DNA of 64,000 nt from Octopus sinensis (Eukaryota), in contig NC_043012.1 of the NCBI RefSeq assembly GCF_006345805.1, positions 47,740,001 through 47,804,000 on the forward strand. The letters are read 5' to 3'. Every line of letters starts with the position of its first letter. The first letter of the stretch is position 1. Below are positions 1 through 15,419 of the stretch, in pieces. The notes below the pieces were generated by a model. That model was not told the DNA's origin, did no database searches, and was given only the letters and a program-made list of their open reading frames with translations. The position numbers and the translations under genes were made by a program.

Positions 1-539
1 TCTGTGATATACATGTTCTTTCAAAATCAATGACAATATAAGAAAACTGAAATAAATTCATCTTAGAAAAGGTCTTGTATTTAGTTCTCTAAATCTGTTT
101 ATTGCCGTCTGGAACTGTAATGTTTCGATTAAAATTAAATGAGTACTAAAACCCGAGGAGTATTCTTACTGTCGAAAACCTGTAACTGGAATTAGTTTTA
201 ATGGATGAAGTGTTTAGGAAAGCAAACATGTTTTCATTGAATCATGAGAGGGCCATTACCTGTTTCAACACATGAGTTCACATTAAGAATCTAAAAAGCC
301 AAATACAAAAAGGGAAAGATAAAGATTTCATAGAAATTAGGAGTGGCCATGAGAGAAAATAAGTTCGAGTAGACGTATGCTATTTACAGTGGCATGTATG
401 TTTGTGTTGGTTGTAGTGGATCCATTTGTTTAATAATCGGCATAACTCGCGCGTTGTTGATATACAAACAATCTGCCAAATATATGGATACAGGGAAAGA
501 AAGACGTGTAGAAATATCTTAATACTTAATTTATTCATA

Positions 540-1200
540 TCAGGTCATCCCATAAGTTCTGTCCGATTTTGCCTTTTATAAAACTGAATGAAATTTAATA
601 GTATTTTAGAATGTCTAATGGAATTAAAAAATATTTTTGTGCATTTGTGTACATTTAAACTAATTAAATATTATTTTAAGGAATAATCAAATTAAAATGT
701 CTTTGATTAAAACACTTTCTAACATGGAAGTATCCAAAGAGCATTTGAGTACAAAAAAGGAAGCGACTCGAAACATACACTCAGTTTATGGAAAAGAATG
801 CTTGAATGAAAGAACTTGCAGAAGATGGTTTGCAAAATTCAGAAGTAGAGAATGAAGATGAAGATCGAACAGGACGTCCAGTTGATTTTGATGATAAGCT
901 CTTTGAGCCATTACTTGAAGAACATCCTGTATTGTCAGTTGAAAAATTGGCAATAAAGCTTAGTTCAAGCCATACAACTGTTCATCGTCGTTTTCAACAC
1001 ATATACGTAACTGTCGAACAAAGAGAATGAGTTATGAACACCACATTACTGGATAAAATGTCTTTATTTGTGAATTAAGGTTACCTTTCGTTCGTGTTAA
1101 GACAATATCTTAATATATTAAGTTTTTCAAGCCGATCATATGGAGGATTTGTTTTTATCTTCATTTAGTATGAAAACAGGATAGTTCTCGGAAATTCACC
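540..1200 (+). mobile_element. mariner (Tc1/mariner) transposon 5' fragment, decayed
   Basis: TA followed by TIR-like TCAGGTCATCCCATAAGTTCTGTCCGATTT. Frameshifted HTH region EATRNIHSVYGKECLNERTCRRWFAKFRS, then EDEDRTGRPVDFDD...LSSSHTTVHRRF. No matching right TIR seen. Confidence 0.8.
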
Positions 1201-1747
1201 ATAATGTCTCGTAAAGAAAGAAGAAATCAATGGGCGCAAGTCTTGAATGACAACTTTTGGGTGATTATCTCCCCTTGGTTTCACTTTTGAGAAGAAAATC
1301 TGTGCTGTATGATGAATTTGTCTGCAATATATTAAAATTTCATATGTCTCCATAGAATAAAGTTCACATCCATCTCTACTATTTTTATAAGGCTGTGCCT
1401 TTCTTATTATATCCCATTTTAGGTTAAATTCGATATTTTTTTCTTTCAGTTCCCAAATTTTACTGGTTCAAAATGTAATTTATAAATGTATAATAATGAC
1501 TTTAAATAATAGCTGTCTATATTTCGGATGTAATACTTACATTGTTTAACAAGATGAAGTAGCATGAAACAATTGTACTACTCTACCTCGGATATACTTG
1601 TTGCTTATTTTGATCGTAATCACCCCATTTGATTTATATGGAGAATACCATACAGAATTAAAACTTCTGGTGCCTTTGACTTAGGTACCATATTCATCTG
1701 AATCTAAATTTTGCTGAACTTATATATATATATATAGTTATATATAT

Positions 1748-1870
1748 TACTCTTTTTTACTCTTTTACTCTTTTACTTGTTTCAGTCATTTGACTGAGGC
1801 CATGCTGGAGCACCGCTTTTAGTCGAGAAAATCGACCCCAGGACTTATTCTTTGTAAGCCTAGTACTTAT
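1748..1870 (-). mobile_element. SINE 3' fragment (same family as 32625-33015 and 61210-61590)
   Basis: Shares GGCCATGCTGGAGCAC...AGTCGA...AATCGACCCCAGGACTTATTCTTTGTAAGCCTAGTACTTAT with the copy at 32640-32725. Confidence 0.7.
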
Positions 1871-1877
1871 GCTATTC

Positions 1878-2464
1878 GCTATGGATCTCAACACCGGATT
1901 GACGATGACTTTGGGAAATGGATAGAATTCTACAGATGCTAGATAGAATTTTGCAGGTGCCAGATCTGGCGAATAGGGCGGGAGCGGAAACGATATCCTG
2001 TTGTTTATGGCGAGAAACTGGTGCGTGGGGATCGTTCAATTAAAGTAATGTTATGGGAAACTTTTCGCGCTCGACATAGGAGGTCGTCTTCGCCGAATGT
2101 TCTCCCTCGAACGTTTCAAAATATCGCATTTCTTCCGCTTTTGAAGTACCTGTCTCACTCGAAGCATTACATACAACTCATTGTTTCGTCGCCGTAAGCT
2201 TGCCGAAGTATGCTCAATGTCTCTGTAGCAGACTTGCCAAGTTTAACATAAAATTTCACGTTCACCGCTTCTTCCTGTCCATGACAAATTCGCAGACTAC
2301 AGCAGACACGTGACCACAAAACACAAATTTCACTACTTGAGAAGTAAACACAGCGATGTCACTCGTGAAGGTCATATATAACTCTTACTTTGCACGCAAC
2401 CGTGTGCTGCCAACTGTTGGCACGCTAAAGTACTAGTCCGGGAAAGTTTTGACACCACCTCGTA
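1878..2464 (-). mobile_element. internally deleted mariner element
   Basis: Minus strand starts TACGAGGTGGTGTCAAAACTTTCCCGGACTAG (TIR-like). Degenerate N-terminal HTH joins almost directly to the PYSPDLAPAKFYL motif (~1945-1980). Confidence 0.85.
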
Positions 2465-3014
2465 TACATATATTAATAATAGTAACTATTGGCAGTATAT
2501 ATTGCAAATAGCGTATACACTCCTTTGTGAGCGTTTATGACGTGATCATGAAAACTTAACAGTGATTGCCCAGTTCACTGAGGGTGTGTACTACAAAGCA
2601 GACTGGTGTCCAAAATTAGGAACGGCAACATCATCAGCAACAGTATCAGCAGCAGCAACGAAAGGACACATACAAGGAAATGTGTTGGAACAACTGACAG
2701 ACACCATTGAATCGAGGTAAGCAACCGCGCGTCCTGCCGCTAATGTTTTGAGTTTAAAGCTGTTTTTTCTCCACTTGAAGTTAACTCTTAGGTACAACGA
2801 TTGAATAAAATATGAATATCCTTTCGTCTCTATATCTATGTTAGCGGGGTCTAAATTACTTGGCGTTAGTAATTAGTAATCATAGTCCTATAATTAGAAC
2901 TATAACTGTACTGGGGCGTCCTGAGAGACAACCTAGATAGTTAGATATAACTGTAGATTTCCCTACACTTCTAGAGAAATACGTGTCTCATTAAGTGATA
3001 TTATAAACGTATAT

Positions 3015-3026
3015 GAGTGTCTGTTC

Positions 3027-3060
<34 letters not shown>

Positions 3061-3628
3061 TTGTCTGTATGTCTGTCTGTATGTATGTTTGTATGTATGT
3101 ATGCATGTATGTATGTCTTCAATTTTTAATGATTTAAATTCTTCCTTTCAAGAAGGAGCTGATAGATGTGTATATGTAGGTATGCATGTATTTATGTATT
3201 ATGTACGTATGTATGTGTGCGTATGTGTGTGTGCGTATTTGCTTGTGTTTCAAACGTTTCTTTATGTATATTAGGGATCGCATTAGCGTATGCTTATGTG
3301 TGCGTGTGTGAATATATGTCTATACATGTGTCCGTTGCCTGTGTGTGTGTGTTCATGCGCACATGTGTGTACCGCTATGTATGCGAATGTGTACACTTTC
3401 ACAAAAGCAACGATAGCGGTAAAGGATAAGCTTCGCCTTCTCAGATGCGTTCTTTGTTTGGGGAAGTGAAGAATTATTAAGAATCATCAATATCCAATGT
3501 TTAGAGATAAAATGGATACGGATTTCTCAATCCACATCTTGCCGACAAAGGAACGCTGTCTTTAATCCAGGCGCATAAGTTTCATCATGTTTGATCTCCC
3601 CCACCAAATCCACACACTCTCTCTCTCT

Positions 3629-3681
<53 letters not shown>

Positions 3682-4110
3682 TTTCTTGTTTTTCTCTTGT
3701 TCTCTGACGTTTCCTACACACCCTATCCTTCTTTCCCATCGCCGTTTGATATGTGGTATTACGGACCTATATGTTAGCATCAGACCTCGCATAATTTTAT
3801 TACCAGAAGACTGTAAATGTTGGTAAACATCAAACAGTCTTAGTGCGTCCTCGCTTGTATGTGAGTGTGTGTGTGTGTGTGTGTGTGGTTGTGTGTGTGT
3901 GTGTGTGTGTGTGTGAATCTCTTACTATGTGTGTATGTTTCACTTTGGAGAACACACGCACACACACACACACACATTATGAATAGCTTCATGCTTATAC
4001 AGACGCATGTATGAATGAATATACATACATATGTGTGCGTGTGAGTGTGTGTCCGTGTGTCCGCGCGTGTGTGTGTGTGTGTATACGTATATGCATTGGG
4101 GCTTGTGTGT
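3015..4110. repeat. microsatellite field: (GTCT)n/(GTAT)n, (TC)n, (GT)n, (CA)n
   Basis: Read directly from sequence. Confidence 0.95.
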
Positions 4111-4479
4111 GTGTTTTTCGTAAGAAAACAGATGTATAATTCAGCTTAAGCGTTTAATGCGGAGACATCCGGATCACAGCAGTGAATACACAAGATCAGG
4201 TATAGTACAAAAATCTATACTGTGCTACATACATATATCATCTATGATTTAAAATGAAACAATATTTTTCCTGTCTTTCAGATACTTAATACTATTAAAT
4301 TGTATACAACCGTAATAGGAGAAATTAACCTACTGTGATACAATGCATTTTCTTCACTTAATTTATTAGCAGAGATTACAGCACACATTGAAATACGGCT
4401 CTCCACCTCCCGCAACCTCATCCTCCACAATTTTCTCCTTTTTCTTCTTCCTCTTCTTTTTTATCTTTCGTCTTCTTTT

Positions 4480-5750
4480 GCAAGCATTTTAAAATCGACA
4501 TGCGTTACATCAAACCGTGTCAGAATAGCGGCCCCTTATTAGTTTTTGCACACACACAAATTCATGTTGTGCATTCTGCTTATAACATTAGGTTAATTGA
4601 ACGCTCTTCGGCCTATATTTGAGTGGACTAATCTCTAATGTGCAACATCTGCTATGACATGGTGCTTAGCACAGCCATTAGTGACCAGTTAAACGTAGTC
4701 TGCTTTGAGTCATAATAGTATATATTCGTGGAATGTATCCGTAAATCTTCTCTTGGGTCATGTGCTAACATGTGCTTTTGAACTCACAAAAGAAGCCTTG
4801 TGTAGATGAACTTTATGTTACCTCATTATACATATTTCAGCTTTATGCAGAAGTTTGCTCCTTATACATGCTCTGAAGAAGACCAGCCTTGTACATATAA
4901 TTCCTAAAGTTTTTTGAAATTCCTGGCAGGCATTCCTAATTTGTTCATCTTGTGTATCAAGAGAGCTTTGTTGCTGCGAGGACAATAGAACCCATGTCAC
5001 TTAAAACGACTGAGTCCTTGAGTCTCAAACCCTTGTTCGAACAAATTGAGGAAGAACCTGACTGGTGGCTTTCATGCTAATTGATAACAGTATACTCAAT
5101 TTTGTTCATTCAGAATCAGAATAACTTTGCAACATTCTGAAGGAATGATAACATGACGACTGCATCCTAAGTTAATTAAGGGTGACGGCATGATCCTCAG
5201 CATAGCCAAGGGTACTATTAATGACCTGGACACTCCTGCTTTGTGGTGAAATCCTTTTTTCTTGGATATGATACAGACTGTGGTTGAGTAATCTTCAACA
5301 TCCAGAAAGAGAAAAAGGATCTAGTGCGTCTCCCCAAATGATTCCTGTAACTGAAACTCTTTCACTGAAACGTTTGTGCTTTACACATATTCTGTAAGAT
5401 GTTTTTGCTTTTTTTTTTTCATGACGGTTGATTGCTTTGACTAACTAAGCATAGAGTACTTACGTAACGTTGTTGAATTTAGTAAATGGCTTTCAGAGCG
5501 TAACGAATGCAATAGATGCCTCGTTCTTCTGAATCTTCTCAGGAATATATCAGCATCAGTCTTGATGTATGCCATTTTGTTTCCATCCTCTGATGGATCC
5601 TGTATTAATAGAATAGATTAGGGAACCGAATGTTGTATACTTCTCTGGCTGCATTGTTCATTTTTGGTAGTGGTGAAGTGAGTGATGATTGCCTTTGAAA
5701 GTTAAATTTTGATTTTGACAAGATGGCTTGTTTTCTTTATATATATATGT
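4480..5750 (-). mobile_element. highly decayed RTE-like LINE ORF2 3' part
   Basis: Minus-strand remnants QSRLRLTGH (cf. QLRWAGH) and GRYSDTV (cf. GRP..R.KD). Many stops and frameshifts. Confidence 0.45.
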
Positions 5751-5769
5751 TTTGGAGTCTAATAATACC

Positions 5770-6192
<423 letters not shown>

Positions 6193-7131
6193 AGTCAGAC
6201 GAAATATAACAGAAGAGCTGACTCGTCCTGATGATGGCTGGAGTTTTATCCAGACATGTCATCTTCTTTCTTAAGAACTTTATGCATATTTAACATTTTC
6301 ATTTGTAAATGGGCAAGTCTGGAGCTTCTAATTTGTGGCCAAAGAAAATACTGTCGGACAGTTTGGTCTTACAAAGCACTGTTTCACCAATAATTGCTGA
6401 AATCAGTCTCATCCTACGTTGGTCAGCTTGTTTCCATTGTCGAGATTGTCGAAGGCCTCAGTTTTGATCATGATGTCTGCTTCTAGTTTCTGATTGTAAA
6501 CTTTCAGGTAACGTGCAACGTGAGCTTAATAACCAATGGAGCTTTCAGTACTTCTAAGCAAGAGAACGAGACTGGTCTTTATGTATGTATTATTTTGTTC
6601 ATAAATATTTAGTGTTTGTTCTTGCCTCTTTAGTGGAAGGAAATATTATTTACCTCTCATTGTTACTTTGCACTTGCTAATTATTGTCTGGCATTCGTTT
6701 GAAACAATTCTGTGATTAGCTTTAACACAATGAAAAGAATTATATAACCGTGGAATTTGGTTCATATCTGTCCACACAGTGCAACTACACACAAGCACAT
6801 CGTTTGACCATTGGAACATTGAAACGTAAATATTAACTACTCAAGCAGGTGTTAATTGTGTGTCATGCTCGCATAACACCAGCAGTATAGAAGGAAAACG
6901 GAAGAAAAAAATGACGCTCCTCCAGGAGATGGAACTATAACTTCTTTGACTGCATTGTATAGGGAAATGTACTGAACATGGCATGCTAGTTAGTCTTTTG
7001 GAAAGCCCAGCAAATACTATTGGCCCCCTGCTACAATTCACTCGTCGAAAAGATAAATACATTTGATTAAATACATGCGAACATGCATACATACATGCAT
7101 ACTTGTACGTGTCTGTGTAAGTGTCTGTTTC

Positions 7132-7275
7132 TGAAGTCGCGTGGCCTAGTGATTACGTAGTTGCACACACGATTTCCAGACAGGAGGTCCGATTTCCAGG
7201 CCAGACGGCGCGTTGTGTTCTTGTGCAAAACATTTTATTTCACTTTGCGCCCGTCCACTAAGATGTAAATAGATA
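7132..7275 (+). mobile_element. tRNA-derived SINE with CORE-like domain, decayed
   Basis: A-box-like GCGTGGCCTAGTGATTA. Body is the reverse complement of the copy at 42690-42900 (GTTGTGTTCTTG.GCAAAACA.TT.ATTTCAC). Confidence 0.6.
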
Positions 7276-7424
7276 ACTCTTCGACGATTTCCGATCACAG
7301 TGAATGTTAGCGTTATCACCTACCCAGCAGGTTGGCATCATTCGAACGATAAAACAATGCGAAGCCCTTTATGACGAGCGATGTATAAGACATCCAATAA
7401 TCTGGTAAATACCGTGATACCGTT

Positions 7425-7538
<114 letters not shown>

Positions 7539-8179
7539 TGTGGCAAATAGTCCGGTCTGCATTGGCACACAAACTCCTGCCTTGTTAAAGGAAGCACACC
7601 GTCGTGAAATTTAAAACAAAGCAATCTTAAGAACTGAAATAAGTCATAAGTTATCTAGATGTGGTTTCATCCTCCCTCTAATGTAGACCACAATTACTCA
7701 TATTATCTACAGGTTTTAATGCCATGTCATCTTAACTAGAATAAATTAACCTCTTCTTCTTTTCATATAATAATACATTTCTATTATTCTTTTTGTATAA
7801 TAATATCTATAATAATAGAAACGAATTTATGTTTGACCCATGTGGGCCCTGTATTACAGTCTACATTTGTTCTATATAGACATATATCTTTTTGGAATTA
7901 AGATGATTCCAGGATTGAAGATTTGCCCTTCATTTTGTTTTTAAAAATCCAGCATTGGGATCTGATCTAAAAGTATTTCGGTTGCTATTTCTAGAAAGTA
8001 AATCTTGGTTTATTCACGCTATCTTGGTTGGCGTTGGTCATGTGACGTTAGAGATGAAGGGGGATATCAATGACATTTGCTTCTTTAATTTTACGCTGAG
8101 ATAAGAAGTTTGCGAGAATTTGGCTGACAGAATTATAGTCATTATATAGTCATTATAGACGTATGGTAGTCGTTTTATT

Positions 8180-9110
8180 TAGCTCTCTTAAGTTTTGGGC
8201 AGCAGGAGCGAACCGAAATTTCGCACAGAGTGCAGATTTTAAACTAGTAGCTTAACATTTTGCATCACTTGATGTCATCCATTGCATTCTCCCAAACAAG
8301 ATAGCAAGCATACTCGATGAAAGAATACCACAAAAGGAAGAGGCGAGATTTAATAAGCATGGGCTTTTCTGATGATATTGTCTTGCACTCGAAAGATAGC
8401 AAGACGTTACAAGAGCTCATATCAGGATAGAAACAGGAAGCTACAAATATTGGTCTGAGAATCTCAATATAGAGAAAATCAAGACAATGAACATTAAACA
8501 ACGATCCAAAAAATCAATGGGCAAAATATTGAGACAGTAGATGGATAAACCTATCTGGATAACGTTATGAATAACAATTGCGTCATGAGTAACGCTATGG
8601 AATTGATAAAGGCGCTGCAGTCTCTCGGACAATTAGCGTTATCTTGGCTGGTCTTCTGCTACCATCGTCTTTCACACAAACATCCAGCTCTACAATAGCA
8701 GAGTTCTACAAAATGTTCTGTTTGCTAGTGAGACATGAACGAGTACCGTGAAAATAAATAGAAAACTCGATATATTTCTAGATGCTTTCTAAAATGAGCC
8801 AAAACATCCTAAAAAGGAGTGAAAACATTCTAAAAGGGCGCAGTCAAGGCCACATGATGAAATCATCTCAGAAGGAAGATTAAAAGTAGCAGATGACATA
8901 CTGTGGTGACCAGAAAAAACCCATTCTAAAACTGCTTTCAAACGGATGCCATCGGAGTGAAAATTAAAGAGAGAAGTCCGAAATCTACATAGTACAGCAT
9001 GACATGAGAGAGGCTAATGTCATATAACGAGACGTAGAGACGAACGCATGGAATAGAGACAATTGGCGTCAACTCTTTGTAAATTTTACTCAAGAGTGGA
9101 GGAGGAAATG
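8180..9110 (+). mobile_element. RTE-like LINE RT/3' fragment, decayed
   Basis: Remnants GFSDDIVL (cf. DFADD), IETVDG..YL, GHMM and DNWRQL in the expected order. Confidence 0.65.
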
Positions 9111-10129
9111 ATACTGTTTGTATTTCCCTGTACTCGATTATAAATCAATACCTTCTGGCTATTCGTCTTTATTATATCTCGTAGTTTTAATGGCCTAAAT
9201 TTCAGCTTTAGTAGAACCTTTCATGTGTGGTTAAAATTTTGTAAACTTTACTAGTTATTTAGATCCTTCCGTTTAACTTTATACTGAACCTAATCATTCG
9301 TTAGAGAATAAACAATAATCTAAAGAAAGCTGATTAATATCTAACCGTTATAAATATAGCACGGCCGTAAATGAAAACTAAACAAGAGGTCGTTACTGTT
9401 CAATACTAGTTGATGTTCATTTCAAGAGCAATTGTCTCTGACATTCTAATAGTGACATGTCAGATTTGATCAAACTAATGGATCGTAGACGTTCTGGCTG
9501 TTATCAGTTATTTAATAATTAATTCTGACTTTAAAAAAAAACTATTTTGTTCAGTATGCTAGTCAATAGGGTGGGATTTAATGGTTATATGACTGTTGTT
9601 TCTAACAGGTCCAACGACAGCTAACAGTTCACTCTTTGGATCTGTATTGAGCGCCCTTTTAATGGAAGGCAACCAATTATCTTTAATAGAAACCGGGATA
9701 TTTAATTCAGCCCTGTTGGTGGATCAGTTACTTTTTAGAATAGAAGAGATCGGTCATTCATAACTGTAAATTATAATGAAAGTTAAATTTTCTCTTCATA
9801 CTTCAGACTTATTGGCATTCAGTTAAATCTAGTTTCAGTAGCATATACGTGACAGAGAACACAACTCTTCAGAGGGATACCATTTGAGCGCAACCTTGAG
9901 CTCCGGTTTCTGATCATACTCGTTTCATATTAGCGGGGGAAAAATGCCTCGTTCAAAGACACAAACCATGGATTGATGAGGAAGTTGAACCCTCGGACCT
10001 ACGCTCATGATCTGAGCTTGTCACATAGTCATGCGGCATCACAATGTGTAACAAGTTAATTCCCATGTGATTATCTTGGATGCTGAGAGAAACAAATGAC
10101 TGAATGTTTAGCAGTATCGACTAGCTGTA

Positions 10130-10877
10130 GCTATCTTGTAATTATATGTAGATGTTCTTTCATACACGTCTCCTGGATATGATTGAAAATTATATAGACA
10201 AATATATACCTACGTGTACATATATACAAAACCACATACATATAATCCCGCACATTAAAGCGACACCTACACACGTGCATATGTACATTTGTATGCATAC
10301 AATATGTGTACGAATAGATACAACCATATACACACACTCACACGCATACACACATACACATATATATATGTATGCGTATATATATATATATTTGTGTGTA
10401 TGTGTAAATATATATGTATATATACATACATATGCATATATATGTATATAGATTCACACACGCACACAAACAAGCACGTACACACACACACACACGCGCG
10501 CACACACGCACACACACACCTTTATATATATGGATGCGTTCAGATTTAAAAACATACACATATAGTTTTGTGTATATAAGTATTTATATGTGAATATTTA
10601 TGCGTGTATATCCATGTAAGCGAGAGTGTGTATATTAATCTCCGATTCATAAACATGAAAAGAGTTCCTCCATCTTTTTTTCATTAAATTCACCAATCTT
10701 CTCAGCATATATTGGTTTCCAAACTAAACGAGAAAGAGGAGTCTTATCTCACTAATGTCTTTGATGTCTCAAAGACATTCAGTAATGTAAAATAATCTTA
10801 GTTGAATCATTACCGCTAGTCTACTAACTCATTTATCATACACTAACGAAATTGCTGATGCAGAAGCATTGTAATTC

Positions 10878-10914
<37 letters not shown>

Positions 10915-10957
10915 CGTGTGTGCGCGCGCGCATGTGTGTGTGTGTGTGCGTGTGTGC

Positions 10958-10998
<41 letters not shown>

Positions 10999-11629
10999 TA
11001 TATATATATGTATGCATGTATATGTACGTATATATATATATATATATGTGTGTGTGTATGTGTGTGTGTGTTAGTGGGTGAGTGAATCTGTTATACATAT
11101 TTACTAGTATGCGTATAAATATAAATGCACATATACATATATAAATGCAAGGCATTATATATATATATATATATATATATGCATATATACATACATATAT
11201 ACATCCATACATACACACATATATTTATGTATATATATATATATATATTATATATATATCTTTATGTATGTATGTTTCATTGCCGCTGTGTATATATATA
11301 TATGCGCAGATGCGTTCGTCTTCAAAATCGTCGTTTATTTCCTTAGCCATATCTGTCCAAATCTATTATTTTTAATTAGCTAAAGGAAGACATTTACTTT
11401 ATTCTAATGACTTGTTTGTTTTACAGGGCATTGGAAACTGCTGCGACAGTTGAATTGTGGAACATATTTTTAATCTTCTACTTTAACAGGTTTGCTACTT
11501 AAAATGTTAGCGAATTGCCCTCATTCATACGAGATTTGCTACAGTCCTTAATAATATTGCGTCCTCTTGAGAGTATTGATATTTCTCTATTCAAAAGCAA
11601 TTATGCCTGTATATGCGTATGTATTTGTA

Positions 11630-11674
<45 letters not shown>

Positions 11675-11910
11675 CTATATATGATTGTGTGTGTATGAGT
11701 GTGAGTATGTATGTGTGTGTGTCTATTTATGCATATATGTAAATATATGTGCGTATATATATATATATGTATCTATCTATTTATCTCTCTATCTTTGTAA
11801 ATATATTTATATATAATAAATTTTGTATATCTCAGTTTCCTTAGCAAAGGCCTATGTTCGTTGTATAAATCGCTGTATAGCTCAGCTGGAACACACGCAC
11901 AGACACACAC

Positions 11911-12007
<97 letters not shown>

Positions 12008-12560
12008 CATACATTCATGGATATATAAATATATACATATGTATACATGCATACATCCAGGCTTCTTTTACTTTCCCTCTACCAAATCCACTCACAAGTC
12101 TTTTCCTAAAATTCTACGCTTTGGAACTGAACCAGAAAGCATATGCTACAGTAGCAGGCTTCTTACCACATAGCCATGCCTGCACATGTATATATGTATA
12201 TATATGTATATATACATATACACACATGTTATATGTATATATACATGCAAACACGCATAAACACACATGTTTCTTGCATCGTATGACTATCATCAATGGT
12301 AAAAGGGACAGGCATTATAATGTGTTACTGGATTTCGCCTTGCTCTGTCTGAGTGCATTGATGGTCTGGGAAATGTAGACTTATAACTGTAACTCTGTCG
12401 AAAGTTATTCTATAACATATATCCTGTCTTCATTATCTACTAGCGTTTAAAAAATATGTGCATACACACACACACACTCATATACATACGTATGTATATA
12501 TATATATATATATGAATGTATGTTTTTGTGCGTTTATATACATACATCTGTGTACATGTG
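10130..12560. repeat. dense (TA)/(CA)/(GA) microsatellite field with short unique islands
   Basis: Read directly from sequence. Confidence 0.9.
12056..12185 (-). mobile_element. SINE head fragment
   Basis: CTACCAAATCCACTCACAA and ACCACATAGCCATGCCTGCAC resemble the SINE heads at 32850-33015 and 61210-61400. Confidence 0.55.
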
Positions 12561-12639
12561 TGTATATATATATTCAAAAGGCGTATTCAAATAGAAACTG
12601 TCCAAAATCCTTCACAGTAAATAATATTATTTTCAAATT

Positions 12640-12845
12640 TTGGCAAAAAGCCATCAATTTCGGGGGTGAGGCTAAGTTGATTATGCATTCCCCACCCCCG
12701 TGTTCAACGGGTATATATTTTATCGCCCATGAAATGTTAAAATGCAAGCTCGACCGCGGCGGAATTTGAACTCAGTTCGTAAAGACCAACGAAATGTCGT
12801 AAAACATTTTGCCCGGCGTGCTTACCATTCTGACAACTCATCTTC
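12640..12845 (-). mobile_element. tRNA-derived SINE (family of 43430-43930, 54845-55050, 58084-58295)
   Basis: Shared TCGACC.CGGCGGAATTTGAACTCAG (B-box on minus strand) and GCCCGGCGTGCT.AC.ATTCTG.CA.CTC head. Confidence 0.7.
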
Positions 12846-13199
12846 TTGAAGAAATAGCGGAAAGCACTATTTTATTTCGAGGTGGTAATTATTCTGCCAG
12901 TCCACCGCGCTTCACATTGAGTAATATTAGTCTGACATGACGCTCGAAGGAAAATTAGCAAAGTGAAAGTTAAGTGAGCAAGTATTATGTTTCAGGCATA
13001 CCTCATTCGTCGCATATATAGAGAAAAGTGTTCCATCACTTATTAAACCGGACGTTTCAGAGAAAAATGCGTCGTTTCTAATGCCAAAAAACTGGTTACT
13101 TGTGTGTGCATTTACTGGTATGTGGACTTACTGGTATGTGCATGAGTATGTGTGCATGTCGGGTTAGTAATTTGTGACCGTATTTGTGTGAGAGTGCAC

Positions 13200-13272
<73 letters not shown>
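13200..13272. repeat. (TA)n microsatellite
   Basis: Read directly from sequence. Confidence 0.98.
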
Positions 13273-13275
<3 letters not shown>

Positions 13276-13834
13276 CAATTAAGGACTGAACACGAAAAGT
13301 GGACAGTCAACATGCTAGATATAGACGTCAAATCGCCATTCACCACAAAAGATTATGTTCTCAGATCAAACTCAGCACAAAACCATAGCAATAAACAAGT
13401 GAAAAATATACGAAATAAAATAATTACCCATGTACTAATTAGTTTCGACTGTTATTTTCCGCAAGGAAAACTGCAGCCATCATCAGCATGGTCCGTTATA
13501 AATGCAATTTGCTGGACTAGATGCAAACACGATACCGAAATATCGCGTGCATGGAGTTCAGCCTATTACATTTGAATATATCTTTCAAATGCTTTTACTT
13601 TGGCGCGTTGAGGCCCGAGAAAACTAGCCTGCAGCTAATAATTAGCAGCAGTCAATTTATCGGTTAGAGAACATATTTATTTATATAAAATTAATTCATT
13701 AACAAAAATCATTAACAACTGCGTATCAAAGCTTAAAATGTGCGGAAAGAGATCCTGTGAGATCTCTCAGAAAAGTCTGCTTCCGCTCACACAGAATCAA
13801 CCAGAGCAAAAAATGTGCTCCGACAAGTAAAACG

Positions 13835-13866
13835 CTACTACTACTACTGCTACTACTACTACTAAC

Positions 13867-13902
<36 letters not shown>

Positions 13903-13956
13903 CACCACCACCACCACCACTACTACTGCTACTACTACTACTACTACTACTACTAC

Positions 13957-13995
<39 letters not shown>

Positions 13996-14421
13996 CAACA
14001 TCAAAAACTTGTCTGTTAAACTTGTCTGTCCCACAATATCCAAATGTCTCATGAAAGGAATACGAAAAGCCTTCTCACTAATAATATCTGTAAATTGAAA
14101 TCCAAAATGGATAGTACTACGATAATCACAGCAGTAATTGGTGCGTTGGATTGATAAAGGAGGGAGCTGAAAAATATATTAAGCAATTCCCCGGGAACTC
14201 CAATCTCCGTGAACTATATAAGATAACCTTGGTGGGTACAGCCGCTCAAATGGAATAAATGTGGGGATGATGTTTGCATGCATAGCAAAGCTAAAGTGGC
14301 CTTGCTGTTGTTGGCCTTCGGAGGATGACCGCTACTATGACAGCTGAAACAAAGTTATAAAGAAAGGAAACCATAAATGATGAGAATAATAACAGTAATT
14401 ATAATAATAATAATAATGATA

Positions 14422-14454
<33 letters not shown>

Positions 14455-14658
14455 GATAATAATAACAATAATAATAATAATAATAATAATATAATAATAA
14501 TAATAATAATAACAATAAAATGATAATCATAGTAATAATAATAACGATGATGATGGTAATAATAATAATAATGATAATAATAATAAGAACAAGAAGAACA
14601 AGAAGTAAAAGAAAAAGAACATAAAGTAGAATAATAATATTAATAGTAATAATAATAA

Positions 14659-14689
<31 letters not shown>

Positions 14690-14748
14690 TATAATAATAT
14701 TAATGATAATAATAATAAAATAATAACAATAATAATAACAATAATAAC

Positions 14749-14779
<31 letters not shown>

Positions 14780-14804
14780 TTAATAATAATAATAATAATG
14801 ATAC

Positions 14805-14835
<31 letters not shown>

Positions 14836-14840
14836 TAATA

Positions 14841-14901
<61 letters not shown>

Positions 14902-15030
14902 CAGAAGAAGAAGAGCAGGCAACAGTAACACAAATGTGTAGCAGGTGATGTAGCCGTAATTTAACTGTAACTACAAAAGTTGAACAACAACAACAACAAC
15001 AAAAGCAGTAACAACAACAATAATAATAAT
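13835..15030. repeat. compound trinucleotide arrays (CTA/ACC/AAT/GAT/AAG/CAA) with unique spacer ~14000-14390
   Basis: Read directly from sequence. Confidence 0.95.
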
Positions 15031-15419
15031 TTAAAACATTAATAAATGAAAATTGACGTTCATAAATTACTATGGCATCAGCAGCATCCAATTCTCACGG
15101 ACAAGAATAAATGTTTATGACATCAGTAAAGATACTCGAAGGATTGCTTTGCTCCAGTGATAAAAGTCTCATGCCTATCGATATGTGGTTGCGGACTGCG
15201 GTAAGCGTTCGACTACTTCATTTCGAAGGATACTTTAACGCATTATTTATACGCTGTTATATATAGCTATACGTGCTTCGAAAGCCAACGTTCTCAAAAA
15301 GATTTTCTAAGGTCTATATCGCTATCGAAATGAATTCAAGGTTAAATGGCAGTACATTTTTATCGGAAATATCGTTTAAAGTCATATGATATATATATAT
15401 GTGTGTGTGTGTGAGTGTA

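Noticed and set aside
4145-4199. Candidate exon LKRLMRRHPDHSSEYTRS
   Set aside because: Moderate splice sites; phase incompatible with neighbouring candidates (immediate stop).
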